A DNA stretch of 41,392 bases from a virus (Duplodnaviria > Caudoviricetes): positions 1 through 41,392 of the IMG/VR virus record IMGVR_UViG_3300031820_000010; one strand, written 5' to 3'. Both the position numbers and the translations under genes were made by a program. The notes below the pieces were generated by a model. The model was not told the origin of the DNA and made no database searches. It saw nothing but the letters and a program-made list of their open reading frames with translations. Positions 8,590-17,520 of the stretch are shown here, piece by piece (within the stretch, counting starts at the first letter, position 1; each line of letters opens with the position of its first letter).

Positions 8590-9051
8590 TTAGAATGGAA
8601 TGCCTTCCTCATCAATGGTCGTTTTGGCTTCCAGCGGATGGTTGACGGCAGAGGCCGGAAGTGAAGGAAGCGGCGCTTGGAAGTCCGCGGCTGCTTGTCC
8701 ATTGCCTGGCGCTGGCGTGATATCTTTCAAACGCGCCACCGGACTGCCAGCTCGCTTGCCCGATTCAAGCGTTTCATGCACGATCCTGCCTTTGATCCTC
8801 CGCCCTAAAGCGGCGGGCGGGTCGACATCGAAGCGCCCCGGCCGGATCTCTTTAAAGCCAAGCGCCCGGAACATAGGAGCGCTTAACCAGATCGGAATCG
8901 CCTCGCCGTATTCGACAGGCGCCTCGTCGATCTCAGTCGTAAAGTGAAAAGTCCAGAAGACGTAGCCGGCCCGCTGTTCCTGCGCGGGTACATCTGAGAC
9001 CGTAAAGACGTATTCCCCTTCCGGGAAAAGGTTCGCGGTATCGACGATCAT
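8590..9051 (-). CDS. SSB-like protein (DUF669/gp2.5-like)
   Basis: PEGEYVFTV N-terminus and acidic DEEGIPF tail; directly follows the Sak4-like ATPase; start MIVDTA at 9051. Confidence 0.7.
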   Translation of the reverse strand: MIVDTANLFPEGEYVFTVSDVPAQEQRAGYVFWTFHFTTEIDEAPVEYGEAIPIWLSAPMFRALGFKEIRPGRFDVDPPAALGRRIKGRIVHETLESGKRAGSPVARLKDITPAPGNGQAAADFQAPLPSLPASAVNHPLEAKTTIDEEGIPF

Positions 9052-10112
9052 TTCGATGCCTTCGTTTTCGTCTTCTCCGTCCCATTGGTTTTGGTGGATT
9101 CCAAATCCGCCGTGATCGCCTCGCGGATTTTGAGGAGTCCCAATTGAAGCGCTTCCGGCCGCATGTCCTGAATGGCGGTCCAGGAATAGCCGCCAAAGGC
9201 CATCTTGAGGAGATCGAGCTTCTTTTTCTTCTCGGTCGCCGTCTGGCCCGGATAGGCGGCGATCAAAGTTGCTTCGATTTCTTCCGACCATTTCTGCTGG
9301 TCGTGGCGTAGCTTGGCCAGCGACCGGCCGTCGTCGGTATCGAAAAGCGCTTCGCTATTGCGGGTGACATCGATGCCGATGTGTTCGCCGCCCAAATTCA
9401 GGCGCTCGATGTGCGGAAGGAAGGTTTCAAAAGTCGGGTTATCGAAAACCTTGCCGGAGAGCCCGGTTTCCGGGAACCGATCGCCCAGGATCCAGGCGCG
9501 CGGGGTTAGAAATCCCGTTTTCTGATCGGCGACCCGCTCCATTTCGACAAGCAATGACGGCTCGTAGGCGAGATGTTTTTCCGTCGCCATTTTCGATCCG
9601 ACGACGACATTTTCGAGTTTCCCGTTTTCGTTCAAACGGTCCTCCCTAATGTCCTGGGCGCGGCCGCAGACGATCATATGCAGTTTGCAATTGAGATAAA
9701 GATCCGTGAATGCCTGCCATTCCGTTTTGAGGATGTCCCAATCCTGCAGCAGAATTCTGGTAACGCCTTTTTTCGCCTTATACGCCGTCTGCAACTCCTT
9801 CCAAACGTGCGTCACGGAATCGACGATGAGAATGTCCGAGATTTCAGCGGCCTCCGTCGTCGCCGCCAGAAGATCCGCGAAGCTGCGGGATTTCACAGTT
9901 TGCAGTTTGATGCCATGCTTTTTGAATGTGTCAAGAACATATTCGGACCCAGTCTCCGTGTCGAAAAACGTCACCGGTTTTTTCGATTTAATTTTTTTGT
10001 GAAGCCCGATCGCGACGAGCGTCGACGTGTAGGTTTTGCCGGATTTGGGATCTCCATAGAGTCCCATCTTGAGGAAGCTTTGCTGCATCTCCGCCGCTTT
10101 AAAAAGTCCCAT
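9048..10112 (-). CDS. AAA_24 / Sak4-like recombination ATPase
   Basis: GLYGDPKSGKT Walker A, FFDTETGS, ILIVDSVTHVW Walker B; start MGLFK at 10112. Confidence 0.85.
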   Translation of the reverse strand: MGLFKAAEMQQSFLKMGLYGDPKSGKTYTSTLVAIGLHKKIKSKKPVTFFDTETGSEYVLDTFKKHGIKLQTVKSRSFADLLAATTEAAEISDILIVDSVTHVWKELQTAYKAKKGVTRILLQDWDILKTEWQAFTDLYLNCKLHMIVCGRAQDIREDRLNENGKLENVVVGSKMATEKHLAYEPSLLVEMERVADQKTGFLTPRAWILGDRFPETGLSGKVFDNPTFETFLPHIERLNLGGEHIGIDVTRNSEALFDTDDGRSLAKLRHDQQKWSEEIEATLIAAYPGQTATEKKKKLDLLKMAFGGYSWTAIQDMRPEALQLGLLKIREAITADLESTKTNGTEKTKTKASK

Positions 10113-10226
10113 GATCTTTCTCCTTTTTTCCTCCAAGTGCCTCGCTGATCTTGGCGCAGGTCCGCGCCAGCTCTTCGAGGATGTGTCCCCTTGCCTCAAG
10201 CATTTGAAGCAAATCTTCAAAATGGC

Positions 10227-10415
10227 TCATGCAGCTGTCTCGCGGACTTCCTGCGCCCAGTGTTCCAGCATTTCCTCTTCACAGTGCCAGCAGGGCGGAT
10301 AAATCGCCCAGCTGCGCCAGTCGTGCCCATGGTCAAAATGGCAGTGCTCGCAAGTGCAATCGTCCCAGTGATCGCAGCAATATTCGGGATTCAAGAGATG
10401 TTCGGGAACGCTCAT
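10227..10415 (-). CDS. Cys/His-rich microprotein
   Basis: 62 aa with CCDH, CTCEHCH and CWHC. Confidence 0.55.
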   Translation of the reverse strand: MSVPEHLLNPEYCCDHWDDCTCEHCHFDHGHDWRSWAIYPPCWHCEEEMLEHWAQEVRETAA

Positions 10416-10423
10416 ATTCGGAA

Positions 10424-10687
10424 TTAGGCGACGCGGGCTTGCGCTTTCTTTTGAGCCGCCTGCAAAAATTCGCGCACCGCTTCGGGTCGTACCCGAACGG
10501 ATTTCTTTAAAAGTTTTAAGCCTTCAAATTTCCCTTCTTGAATCCAGCCGTAAAGCGTCGGCTCTTTAACTCCGAGCACGTGAGCAGCTTCTGCGATGGT
10601 CAAGAGCGGCTCAAATCCAATCATGGGATCTTTCGCTCCGTCTTCAAGTTTTCTCACATCTCCGCTATTTACTTTTTTCTCTCTCAT
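10424..10687 (-). CDS. Xis/MerR-like HTH DNA-binding protein (Cro-position gene)
   Basis: LLTIAEAAHVLGVKEPTLYGWIQEGK; first gene of the leftward operon. Confidence 0.85.
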   Translation of the reverse strand: MREKKVNSGDVRKLEDGAKDPMIGFEPLLTIAEAAHVLGVKEPTLYGWIQEGKFEGLKLLKKSVRVRPEAVREFLQAAQKKAQARVA

Positions 10688-10747
10688 TTGCTATTCTCTC
10701 TTCCTGGTGATTCAGAGTGTGTCACCTGGGTGAGTCCCCTTGAGGCA

Positions 10748-10776
10748 GTTATAACATTAGGTGATACACCTGTCAA
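10748..10776 (-). promoter_or_regulatory. Sigma70-type early promoter with operator-like palindrome in the spacer
   Basis: TTGACA (10776-10771), 17-nt spacer, TATAAC (10753-10748); AGGTG-ATA-CACCT at 10759-10771. Confidence 0.8.
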
Positions 10777-10811
10777 GGGATAAATCCCGTACATAACATA
10801 AATGGCCCTAA

Positions 10812-11084
10812 ATGCCCGGACGAAAAGAACCCTATAAAGCGGCACGAATTCGCAAGTCGATTTATATGCCACTCTTAGAGCTGATTGAGCGTGAAGGCTA
10901 TGTGGGAGGGTTTTCAGGGTACGTCGAGGGGCTTTGTAAAAGGTACGGCAAGGGTATGATCGTGGACCGCGAGCAAGTCGAACACGAGATCCGGGAGCAA
11001 ATTTATAGCGAGCTGGCGGCTGATGGCCTAATTATTCCAGCGGAATCGAGAACGCGACATGACGCAGAACGAAAAACAGGCTGA
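10812..11084 (+). CDS. Putative repressor (possibly ribbon-helix-helix), divergent from the early operon
   Basis: Occupies the CI position; IRKSIY strand followed by two helical segments; no HTH-S24 repressor seen elsewhere. Confidence 0.5.
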   Translation: MPGRKEPYKAARIRKSIYMPLLELIEREGYVGGFSGYVEGLCKRYGKGMIVDREQVEHEIREQIYSELAADGLIIPAESRTRHDAERKTG

Positions 11085-11331
11085 GGAAATCTTAAGACTC
11101 CTGCCGATTCGGACGCGCGAAATCTTGCGCCTGCTGAGTCGGCATGGTTGCAGGTCAGAGGTTCAGCAGTTGATTTGGATGGTGGAGGCACGAGCCGCGG
11201 GCCGGCTGCGCGATATGGGGGATGCGGAGGTTACTCGCCTAATACCTTTAGATCAGATCCCGGAGATCCATCATGCCGAGAAGCTTCAAGTTCAGCCTCA
11301 ATTTGACGCACTTGAATCGCCACGTCTCTGA
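11059..11331 (+). CDS. Hypothetical protein
   Basis: 90-aa ORF overlapping the upstream gene. Confidence 0.5.
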   Translation: MTQNEKQAEEILRLLPIRTREILRLLSRHGCRSEVQQLIWMVEARAAGRLRDMGDAEVTRLIPLDQIPEIHHAEKLQVQPQFDALESPRL

Positions 11332-11461
11332 CGGCTTCAGTTCTAACAACCAATAAAAATACCTTTTCGGTCTCTGTGACCACTCGTAACACATGTCGCA
11401 TCAGTTTTCCTCCATTTGACGCAACCCACCTATTAAATGATAATACCAAGCATAAGCTATC

Positions 11462-11482
11462 TTCCCTGGTATTACCAGGGAA
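11462..11482. promoter_or_regulatory. 21-bp palindrome, copy 1 (TTCCCTGGTA-T-TACCAGGGAA)
   Basis: Perfect 10-bp arms; identical copy at 12803-12823. Confidence 0.75.
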
Positions 11483-11524
11483 AGACGATAGCAAAGAGCG
11501 CTCTAGAAAACAAGGGGTCCTGCA

Positions 11525-11734
11525 GTGGCTTGGATCGAAAGGCGAAACGATGGCGCTGGCGTCACTTATTGGATTCGGGACCGGCGCAACGGTTTGCAAA
11601 TTATCATTCCGGCCGGCCGGAGCTACCGGAACGCAAAACGGCGTCTGGAAGAGTACAAGACCAAGCGTGACTCAAAGGGCAAATTTAGCGATCATGAACA
11701 AGTGGCCGAAACTTTATTTGGGAAGAGGCGCTAA
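11525..11734 (+). CDS. Small basic protein resembling an integrase N-terminal arm-binding domain
   Basis: MAWIERR...TYWIRDRRNG.Q...AG.SYRNAKRRL; GGGG RBS. Confidence 0.5.
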   Translation: MAWIERRNDGAGVTYWIRDRRNGLQIIIPAGRSYRNAKRRLEEYKTKRDSKGKFSDHEQVAETLFGKRR

Positions 11735-11786
11735 AAGTAGTTTGAGGAATCCTACTTGGACGCATGCAGGGCAAAAGGAGGCGAAA

Positions 11787-12239
11787 ATGATGCAAGAACC
11801 TGACATTCCAAAAACGCAATGGGGTCCTGATCCCTGGCAGGAGGAGCCGGACCGGCTCGAATGGCACTACAAGGGCTTCCCGTGCTTGATGGTCCGCAAT
11901 TGCATAGTGACGGGTGCTTGGTGCGGATACGTGGCGGTCCCTCAGGGACATGCTGCTTTTGAGCTTGGATATGATGATGACCGACTCGACGACTTAGACG
12001 TTCACGGAGGGCTTACCTACTCTGATCATTGTCAGGGGGATATCTGCCATAAGCCATTAGCTGGGGAATCGGACAATGTCTGGTGGCTAGGCTTTGATTG
12101 TGCTCATTTTTCGGACTGGATGCCGCGTCTGTATACCTGCCTCAAGCACGGCCCTAATAGGTCAGAGCATTATTGGACAATGTCAGAAGTGAAAACGGAA
12201 GTTGAAAACTTAGCCGATCAGTTGCTTGCACTCAAGTAA
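11787..12239 (+). CDS. Conserved phage hypothetical protein (CGYV...VHGGLTY...GFDCAH)
   Basis: AAGGAGG RBS before ATG 11787; characteristic motifs. Confidence 0.8.
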   Translation: MMQEPDIPKTQWGPDPWQEEPDRLEWHYKGFPCLMVRNCIVTGAWCGYVAVPQGHAAFELGYDDDRLDDLDVHGGLTYSDHCQGDICHKPLAGESDNVWWLGFDCAHFSDWMPRLYTCLKHGPNRSEHYWTMSEVKTEVENLADQLLALK

Positions 12240-12285
12240 ATCATCATCGCCTCAAGTGCCGTCCAACTCGTTTAGAACGGCCAAG

Positions 12286-12516
12286 GTGAGAGACCTGACG
12301 CCCCAGGAAGCGGCCAAACTCTTAAGGTGCGGGCTCGCTAGTATCTACCGCTATTTGAAATGCGGGCTGATCAAAGGAAGGAAAACCTCGAAGGGCGTCC
12401 GGATCCCGCGGGCAGCTTTTGCCGCTCAATTCGGTTTTTCCTCTAAGCGCAGCCGGAAAATGCGTAACCAAATTAGAAAAGACAGCACTAGCCATAAGAG
12501 AAATAAGAAAATATAA
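12286..12516 (+). CDS. Xis-like HTH protein
   Basis: LTPQEAAKLLRCGLASIYRYLKCGLIKG; start uncertain. Confidence 0.65.
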   Translation: MRDLTPQEAAKLLRCGLASIYRYLKCGLIKGRKTSKGVRIPRAAFAAQFGFSSKRSRKMRNQIRKDSTSHKRNKKI

Positions 12517-12551
12517 TCGGTTTTTAGGTAAGAAGCGCGACTGAAGTGAGG

Positions 12552-12743
12552 TTATTGCGTTTCAGGCTTTTGTGAAGTTGGGTTCCCGGTCGCAAAATCG
12601 TAGCCGTACTTTTGGCAAAAATCCGAGATAATGAGTTCGGACATATTCGAATGCTTTTCGAGTGCGACTGTTTTGAAGGCCGCTTTCAGGCGCGCCCCCC
12701 GCCGACCTGCTCCAACATAGACTTTAATTGTTGAGTCTGCCAT
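12552..12743 (-). CDS. Ribbon-helix-helix-like regulator
   Basis: TIKVYV strand, helix, then NMSELI (RHH helix-B start). Confidence 0.55.
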   Translation of the reverse strand: MADSTIKVYVGAGRRGARLKAAFKTVALEKHSNMSELIISDFCQKYGYDFATGNPTSQKPETQ

Positions 12744-12802
12744 AGTGGGCCACCACGTGCTACTATCAACTATGTCAAATTATCCCATTGATTTCTATTC
12801 GT

Positions 12803-12823
12803 TTCCCTGGTATTACCAGGGAA
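12803..12823. promoter_or_regulatory. 21-bp palindrome, copy 2, overlapping a predicted -10 box
   Basis: TTGATT (12788), 17-nt spacer, TATTAC in the palindrome centre. Confidence 0.7.
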
Positions 12824-12966
12824 GTGAATATCAGGACCCATCAACATTACTGCAGTCTCTGCGAGTCACGCTATGCGTGCTGGCTCGATAAGGACCCCTG
12901 CCACTTGGAAAACGCTGAGCTCTGCTTGAGCCATTATCTGGAGTCCTTTGGGAATGGGAGGATAAG

Positions 12967-13638
12967 ATGAAAAAGGTAATGCTGCTTCTGCTCTTGGCCG
13001 GGCCATGCTTTGCCAAGGTCAATGTGTCGATTCTCGCCGGGGGCGCTTTTCCGACAGGCAAATTGGAAGTCTCAGGCGCTGGCGACGATGATACGGGAGG
13101 CGGCGGTGGAGCTGTCGGCGGGCAGATCATGGTTCCCATTGATCAGACTTGGTCGGCCGGGTTCGATGTCTTGGCCAATGATCTCGGCAAGCGCAGCACT
13201 GGTAAGCTGCTGGCACCAGCGCCCGGCACGACCGAGTATCAAGTCAGAACGCTCACCCTGCTCGCTGGCGCGCGGGCGCAAAGCAAAGCCATGATCGCCG
13301 ATCTACAGCCTTATCTATTCGGGGGCGTCGGATTGCACCGCACCAATACCTGGGCGGACGTGAGTCCGAATGCGGGTTTTGTTTGGGCTGATACAGGGAC
13401 CACGGAAAAGCGCCGCGCGCTCGATGACACAAAAACGGGTTTCGCTGCGGCCGTTGCGATTGGTGCGGATGCCAAGATTTCGCCTTCAGTTTCGCTTGGC
13501 CTAGAAGGCCGCTATTCCTACTTGGCCAAAAGCACATTCCAATCGCGCTCGATCAGCGCGTTTCTGCCGGCAGGAACCGATGTGAAAATCGATCCGTCGT
13601 CTTTCGATGTCCTGGCGCGGCTTACTTTGCATTTCTAG
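12967..13638 (+). CDS. Outer-membrane beta-barrel protein (OmpA-TM/Ail/Lom-like), lysogenic-conversion moron
   Basis: Signal peptide MKKVMLLLLLAGPCFA, QPYLFGGVG, amphipathic strands, C-terminal Phe (LTLHF). Confidence 0.85.
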   Translation: MKKVMLLLLLAGPCFAKVNVSILAGGAFPTGKLEVSGAGDDDTGGGGGAVGGQIMVPIDQTWSAGFDVLANDLGKRSTGKLLAPAPGTTEYQVRTLTLLAGARAQSKAMIADLQPYLFGGVGLHRTNTWADVSPNAGFVWADTGTTEKRRALDDTKTGFAAAVAIGADAKISPSVSLGLEGRYSYLAKSTFQSRSISAFLPAGTDVKIDPSSFDVLARLTLHF

Positions 13639-14044
13639 AACTGATGACATCGAAATCCCGCACGGAATGGCCCGCCTTACGGTGGTCATCCCATGCTTTC
13701 CAACCACCAAGCCTTACCCCCCAGTAGATAGGATAACGCCGCCAGAATGGGAGCCCTTTGACTCCCATAGCTTCCAAGAAAATTCTGTCCGAGATTTCCC
13801 GCGAGGTGAGCGCGGAATAATAGAGCCAGTCATGGACGACCGCCGGCTCATGCGCCACGTCGCCCAAAAGAGCATAGAGCGTCGGCAGCCAGCGGATCAT
13901 GCTCTCAAAATCCGTATAGAATCCCACCGGAACTAGGATCAGATCAGTCAGAAGATCGCTTTGGTAGCCAAACGGCTGGTCTATGACCTGGAAGGTCCGA
14001 TCATCGATTTCCGTAACGACTAGCCGGTTTTGAAAGGCAGCCAT
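13622..14044 (-). CDS. DUF1353 family protein
   Basis: VPVGFYTDFES...PAVVHDWLY...SDRIFLEAM...IYWGVRLGG. Confidence 0.85.
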   Translation of the reverse strand: MAAFQNRLVVTEIDDRTFQVIDQPFGYQSDLLTDLILVPVGFYTDFESMIRWLPTLYALLGDVAHEPAVVHDWLYYSALTSREISDRIFLEAMGVKGLPFWRRYPIYWGVRLGGWKAWDDHRKAGHSVRDFDVISSRNAK

Positions 14045-14215
14045 TCACGCCTTGGGCGCGGCGGCCGAATGCGCGGCCACGATCCGGTCCTTGATTGCTT
14101 CGATGCCGTTACCGAGCTCTGAAATAAGGTCCTGAAGGTCCTCGAAAGCTTTCTCAACCTGCGGTATCAACTCATGCGCTTCTTTGATGGCGGCAGCAAT
14201 TTCCGACGGGTTCAT
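14045..14215 (-). CDS. 56-aa helical protein in the lysis region
   Basis: AAAGGAG RBS; MNPSEIAAAIKEAHEL...AAAPKA*. Confidence 0.6.
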   Translation of the reverse strand: MNPSEIAAAIKEAHELIPQVEKAFEDLQDLISELGNGIEAIKDRIVAAHSAAAPKA

Positions 14216-14239
14216 GCTTGGTTCTCCTTTGGGTTCAAA

Positions 14240-14737
14240 TTACACGGTCGCAACCAACTGATAGGCGCCGTCCTTCATGGTCAAAACTTGCCCGCATCGG
14301 CTGGCCTCTCGCCAGGGCGAGCCTAGCGACAGGTGAATCCATTCATTGGCTCCATAGCCGCGGCTTTGGCTCTCGTAGATCAATTGCCCGAAATGGATCC
14401 TGCCTTCCTTGGCGGCATTCTGAAGAGTCCTGAAAACGAAGGAAAGCGCCAAGCCTTTCGGCGCCCAATCGACAGCTTGACCCAGCAGATGCTGACTTCG
14501 AGAAGTTGAACCGACAGCCTGATTGAGTTTCGGGCACCGATAGGCCGAATGGATTTCGGCATCGGGGTTGTCGAGGAGCATGAGCGCATCTTCCAGCAAA
14601 ATCGCCGTGGCCATCAAGGCTTTCAAAATAGTTTCCGTGTTGGCTTCCCGCCGATTCTCTTCCTGCAGCTCCTTATGGTCCGTGCGCGTGAACTGGTAAA
14701 AAGTAAAACGTTCACTCAATTTGAAATCGTCAATCAT
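14240..14737 (-). CDS. Endolysin, peptidase M15A family
   Basis: LSERFTFYQF, HSAYRCPKLNQAVG, SQHLLGQAVD, WIHLS zinc-peptidase motifs. Confidence 0.9.
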   Translation of the reverse strand: MIDDFKLSERFTFYQFTRTDHKELQEENRREANTETILKALMATAILLEDALMLLDNPDAEIHSAYRCPKLNQAVGSTSRSQHLLGQAVDWAPKGLALSFVFRTLQNAAKEGRIHFGQLIYESQSRGYGANEWIHLSLGSPWREASRCGQVLTMKDGAYQLVATV

Positions 14738-15047
14738 GGGTTATTTTGGAAGCCTTCATCTCTGCTTTAATTGGTGAAACCGTGAAGTGATCGTAAATCC
14801 ACGGCGCCCAGGAGACGACCATCGTGATGATGCCAATGATGATCCCGTAAATTTTCATGACGCTACGAACCTGCTCGCCTAGTCCGGGCTGGCCTTTGCC
14901 GCCTTGGACTTCCTCAGCCAAGGCCTCGACAATTCTTTCCATGGCCTTCAAGCGCTCATCCATGCGGCCTAAATGCGAGGCGGTATAAAGGTCGATCGCC
15001 CGGCGCGACTGGATGGCGGAATCACTTAAGAATTCTTCTTCAGCCAT
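14730..15047 (-). CDS. Coiled-coil plus single-TM membrane protein (holin-like position)
   Basis: IYGIIIGIITMVVSWAPWIY transmembrane segment directly upstream of the endolysin. Confidence 0.6.
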   Translation of the reverse strand: MAEEEFLSDSAIQSRRAIDLYTASHLGRMDERLKAMERIVEALAEEVQGGKGQPGLGEQVRSVMKIYGIIIGIITMVVSWAPWIYDHFTVSPIKAEMKASKITHD

Positions 15048-15502
15048 CAATCGGCGATCCCGGAGTTGACCTTGTTCTGTACTGCCGTCTTGGCTTGCGA
15101 CACAGTCCTATCTGGCATCGAGGGAAGACCGGCGACTAAGGTTTTGATATCGGCCAAAGTTGCCGCCGTGGCTACGCCATTTTTGAACGCTTGGAGCCAT
15201 TGGCGGATCGAATTTAACTCGTCGATGAGCGTCAAGGATTCCGCCCGATGGACTTTCGCGTTGGCATCGGGTTGATTAAGGAACATGTCCACAGCCGCCA
15301 CCCGCAACGCATTTAGAATATCGGTGCTTGTCGGTGCCGGGTCGGCAGTCGCGACCGTGTTTCCGGCTGCCAGCCAGGCCTGGTAAGCCTGCCAGTCCTT
15401 GTTACCGGGATCACTAGAAATAAAAGCTTGATCATCGAGCCGCTGGATCATGTCGGAGCGGATGTTGCCGAGCGCGTCACGCAGTTGTTTGTAGCTTGCC
15501 AT
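15047..15502 (-). CDS. Tail-fibre associated/assembly protein
   Basis: IQRLDDQAFISSDPGNKDWQAYQAWLAAGN motif typical of genes following tail fibres. Confidence 0.7.
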   Translation of the reverse strand: MASYKQLRDALGNIRSDMIQRLDDQAFISSDPGNKDWQAYQAWLAAGNTVATADPAPTSTDILNALRVAAVDMFLNQPDANAKVHRAESLTLIDELNSIRQWLQAFKNGVATAATLADIKTLVAGLPSMPDRTVSQAKTAVQNKVNSGIAD

Positions 15503-15513
15503 CGAATTTCTCC

Positions 15514-17511
15514 TTAGAGTCTGGCATCGGCAGTCGCATGGATGATGATGGCATGACCGAGATTGTCTCCAGCGACCGGTATATTTTGGATAAGCGCACC
15601 TTGTTCTCCTGCGAAGCCTGTCGAGGAAGTACCAGAGTCAGCGCCAGCCGAAGCATTGCGCCATTTGGAATTAGCGGCATTTGGGTTATAGAACGTCATG
15701 GTCGGAGCGGCTCGCTTTGTGGCCATAAAGTTCCACATCGCGCCAGTTTGCAAGGGAGATGTACCAGCAACCCACACAAAATATCCGATCGTCGAACGTT
15801 GGAAACCGCAGTTTTGCGCCACGGCGACTCCCGGAGGAAATGTTTTCTCATAATAACGCTGGCAACGGTAGAGTGCGAGCGGAAAGGGCACAAACTCAAA
15901 GGCCGTCGGCGCCGAGCCAATCTCAATCTGGATGCCAGTAATGTCGAAGGTGCGCGACGTGTTGGAGGACATAAAGTTCACTTGATTGGAAGTGCCGTAA
16001 AAAGCGCCGGCCGCCCAAGTGTTGGCCGCACTCTGATAGGTGCTGCCAATCGCCAAGGCCCAGACGATATGGAGACCGAGTCCGTTGGTATTCAACCAAG
16101 TTCCCGTTATGTCGCCGGTCAACGTGATGGTTTTCTGCTCCCATGTGTTGGCGTTGTTGATTGTGTACTCAAATGGGTACGCTCTAGTAGTGCCATTGTT
16201 CTGGAATGCTCCTGTATAAGTGCCAGTCAAGGAAGAGCGCACCCAAAAGGAAAGAGTGAACGTCTTTGCACTGGCGGTTCCTAGGAGGAAATCGCGGATG
16301 TTATAGCCTTCGATACGATGGTTAAGGTAGTAGTAGTCCCCGGCGGCAATCGAGGCGTCTGCTGTCGAGCAGGTAATTCTCACGTAATGCGTGAAGCCCG
16401 TAGGAGGACTACTCGTCAATTGCTGAATAGTGAAGATACCTGGGCTCACGCCGTAGGCCAAGAACTGATCAATTGAGTTTGCTCCGCTGGCGTTGATCGT
16501 AACCGATGCCCCTTCGTTTTGCTGGTCGATCACCATATCTCCGTTGATGATGCGGTTGCGCCCAAGGCCGATGAAGGTGCCGTTAGGCGAAAGCAACTGG
16601 CTGACATTCACGGCATCGCCAGAGGCCACGCCATTGGCCAAGCCAGTGATCGCATTGCCGCCCATCGCGATCGCGCCGGACATCGTTCCGCCAATCAGCG
16701 GCAACCCCCGGTAGTGAAGGATGGCTCTGACATCCTTGATCTGACCGGAGGAAATCGTGACTCCCGAGGTCTGATTGACGGTCACTTCCGCAATCACCAC
16801 TTTGTTGGCCGGATATGTCGGCGGCGTGGGCGAAGCATTTTCCGCGCCGGCCACGAGCGTCAAGGTCCCGGTATCGTCAATGCAAAGCAGATCGATTCGG
16901 GGATTGGTCGTGATGGGACCGAAAACGGGCGAAGCGCCGCCGGCATAAGTGACAGTGCCCGAATTGTCCGACTTGACGAACTTGCCGGCGGCGACGGCGA
17001 CTTTGTTGTTGGCTGGACTGTTGGCCGTGGGCGTCAGGTAAGTCATGGCCTGCGTGGCATTCAGCGCCGCAATCGCCGCATTGAGCGAACTGATGATGGT
17101 ATTGGTCGTCGTATCGGAGGGCGTCTGATCGACTGAATACTTCACGCAGCGGCTGATGGACTCGTTTAACTGTTGCAGCGCCATCGTGATTTTGTCTTCT
17201 GAGGCTTCTAACACTTCGGCGTTAAACGGTCCCTGGTTCTTCCAGTCCACCGATTGCAAGTAATCCACCGTCCGCAAAATCGTGAGCTTGGTCCCCGTGG
17301 CGATCGCCGAGCCAGACAAAGGGTAGGTGATGCGGGCATTGGTCAAATCAGCCGTATAAAGCGAAGGCGCTAGAAGCGTGATATTGCCGAGGGTGTCCGT
17401 CAGGTAAACCGAGATATCGGTCGCGGCCAGGACCGTAAAGGAGAAAGGCCAAATCGTGGTAGTCCCATCTCCGGCATACACCACTTTATTTGTCGTTGTA
17501 GGGACAGTCAT
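15514..17511 (-). CDS. Tail fibre / receptor-binding protein
   Basis: T7 gp17-like N-terminus (YAGDGTTTIWPFSF...LEASEDKITMALQQL); distal RNRIINGDM..DQ beta-sandwich domain. Confidence 0.9.
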   Translation of the reverse strand: MTVPTTTNKVVYAGDGTTTIWPFSFTVLAATDISVYLTDTLGNITLLAPSLYTADLTNARITYPLSGSAIATGTKLTILRTVDYLQSVDWKNQGPFNAEVLEASEDKITMALQQLNESISRCVKYSVDQTPSDTTTNTIISSLNAAIAALNATQAMTYLTPTANSPANNKVAVAAGKFVKSDNSGTVTYAGGASPVFGPITTNPRIDLLCIDDTGTLTLVAGAENASPTPPTYPANKVVIAEVTVNQTSGVTISSGQIKDVRAILHYRGLPLIGGTMSGAIAMGGNAITGLANGVASGDAVNVSQLLSPNGTFIGLGRNRIINGDMVIDQQNEGASVTINASGANSIDQFLAYGVSPGIFTIQQLTSSPPTGFTHYVRITCSTADASIAAGDYYYLNHRIEGYNIRDFLLGTASAKTFTLSFWVRSSLTGTYTGAFQNNGTTRAYPFEYTINNANTWEQKTITLTGDITGTWLNTNGLGLHIVWALAIGSTYQSAANTWAAGAFYGTSNQVNFMSSNTSRTFDITGIQIEIGSAPTAFEFVPFPLALYRCQRYYEKTFPPGVAVAQNCGFQRSTIGYFVWVAGTSPLQTGAMWNFMATKRAAPTMTFYNPNAANSKWRNASAGADSGTSSTGFAGEQGALIQNIPVAGDNLGHAIIIHATADARL

Positions 17512-17520
17512 AAGCGCCTC

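Noticed and set aside
15514-17511. BPP-1-style diversity-generating retroelement acting on the tail fibre
   Set aside because: Despite the BPP-1-like head genes, no RT, avd or duplicated TR/VR segment was seen.
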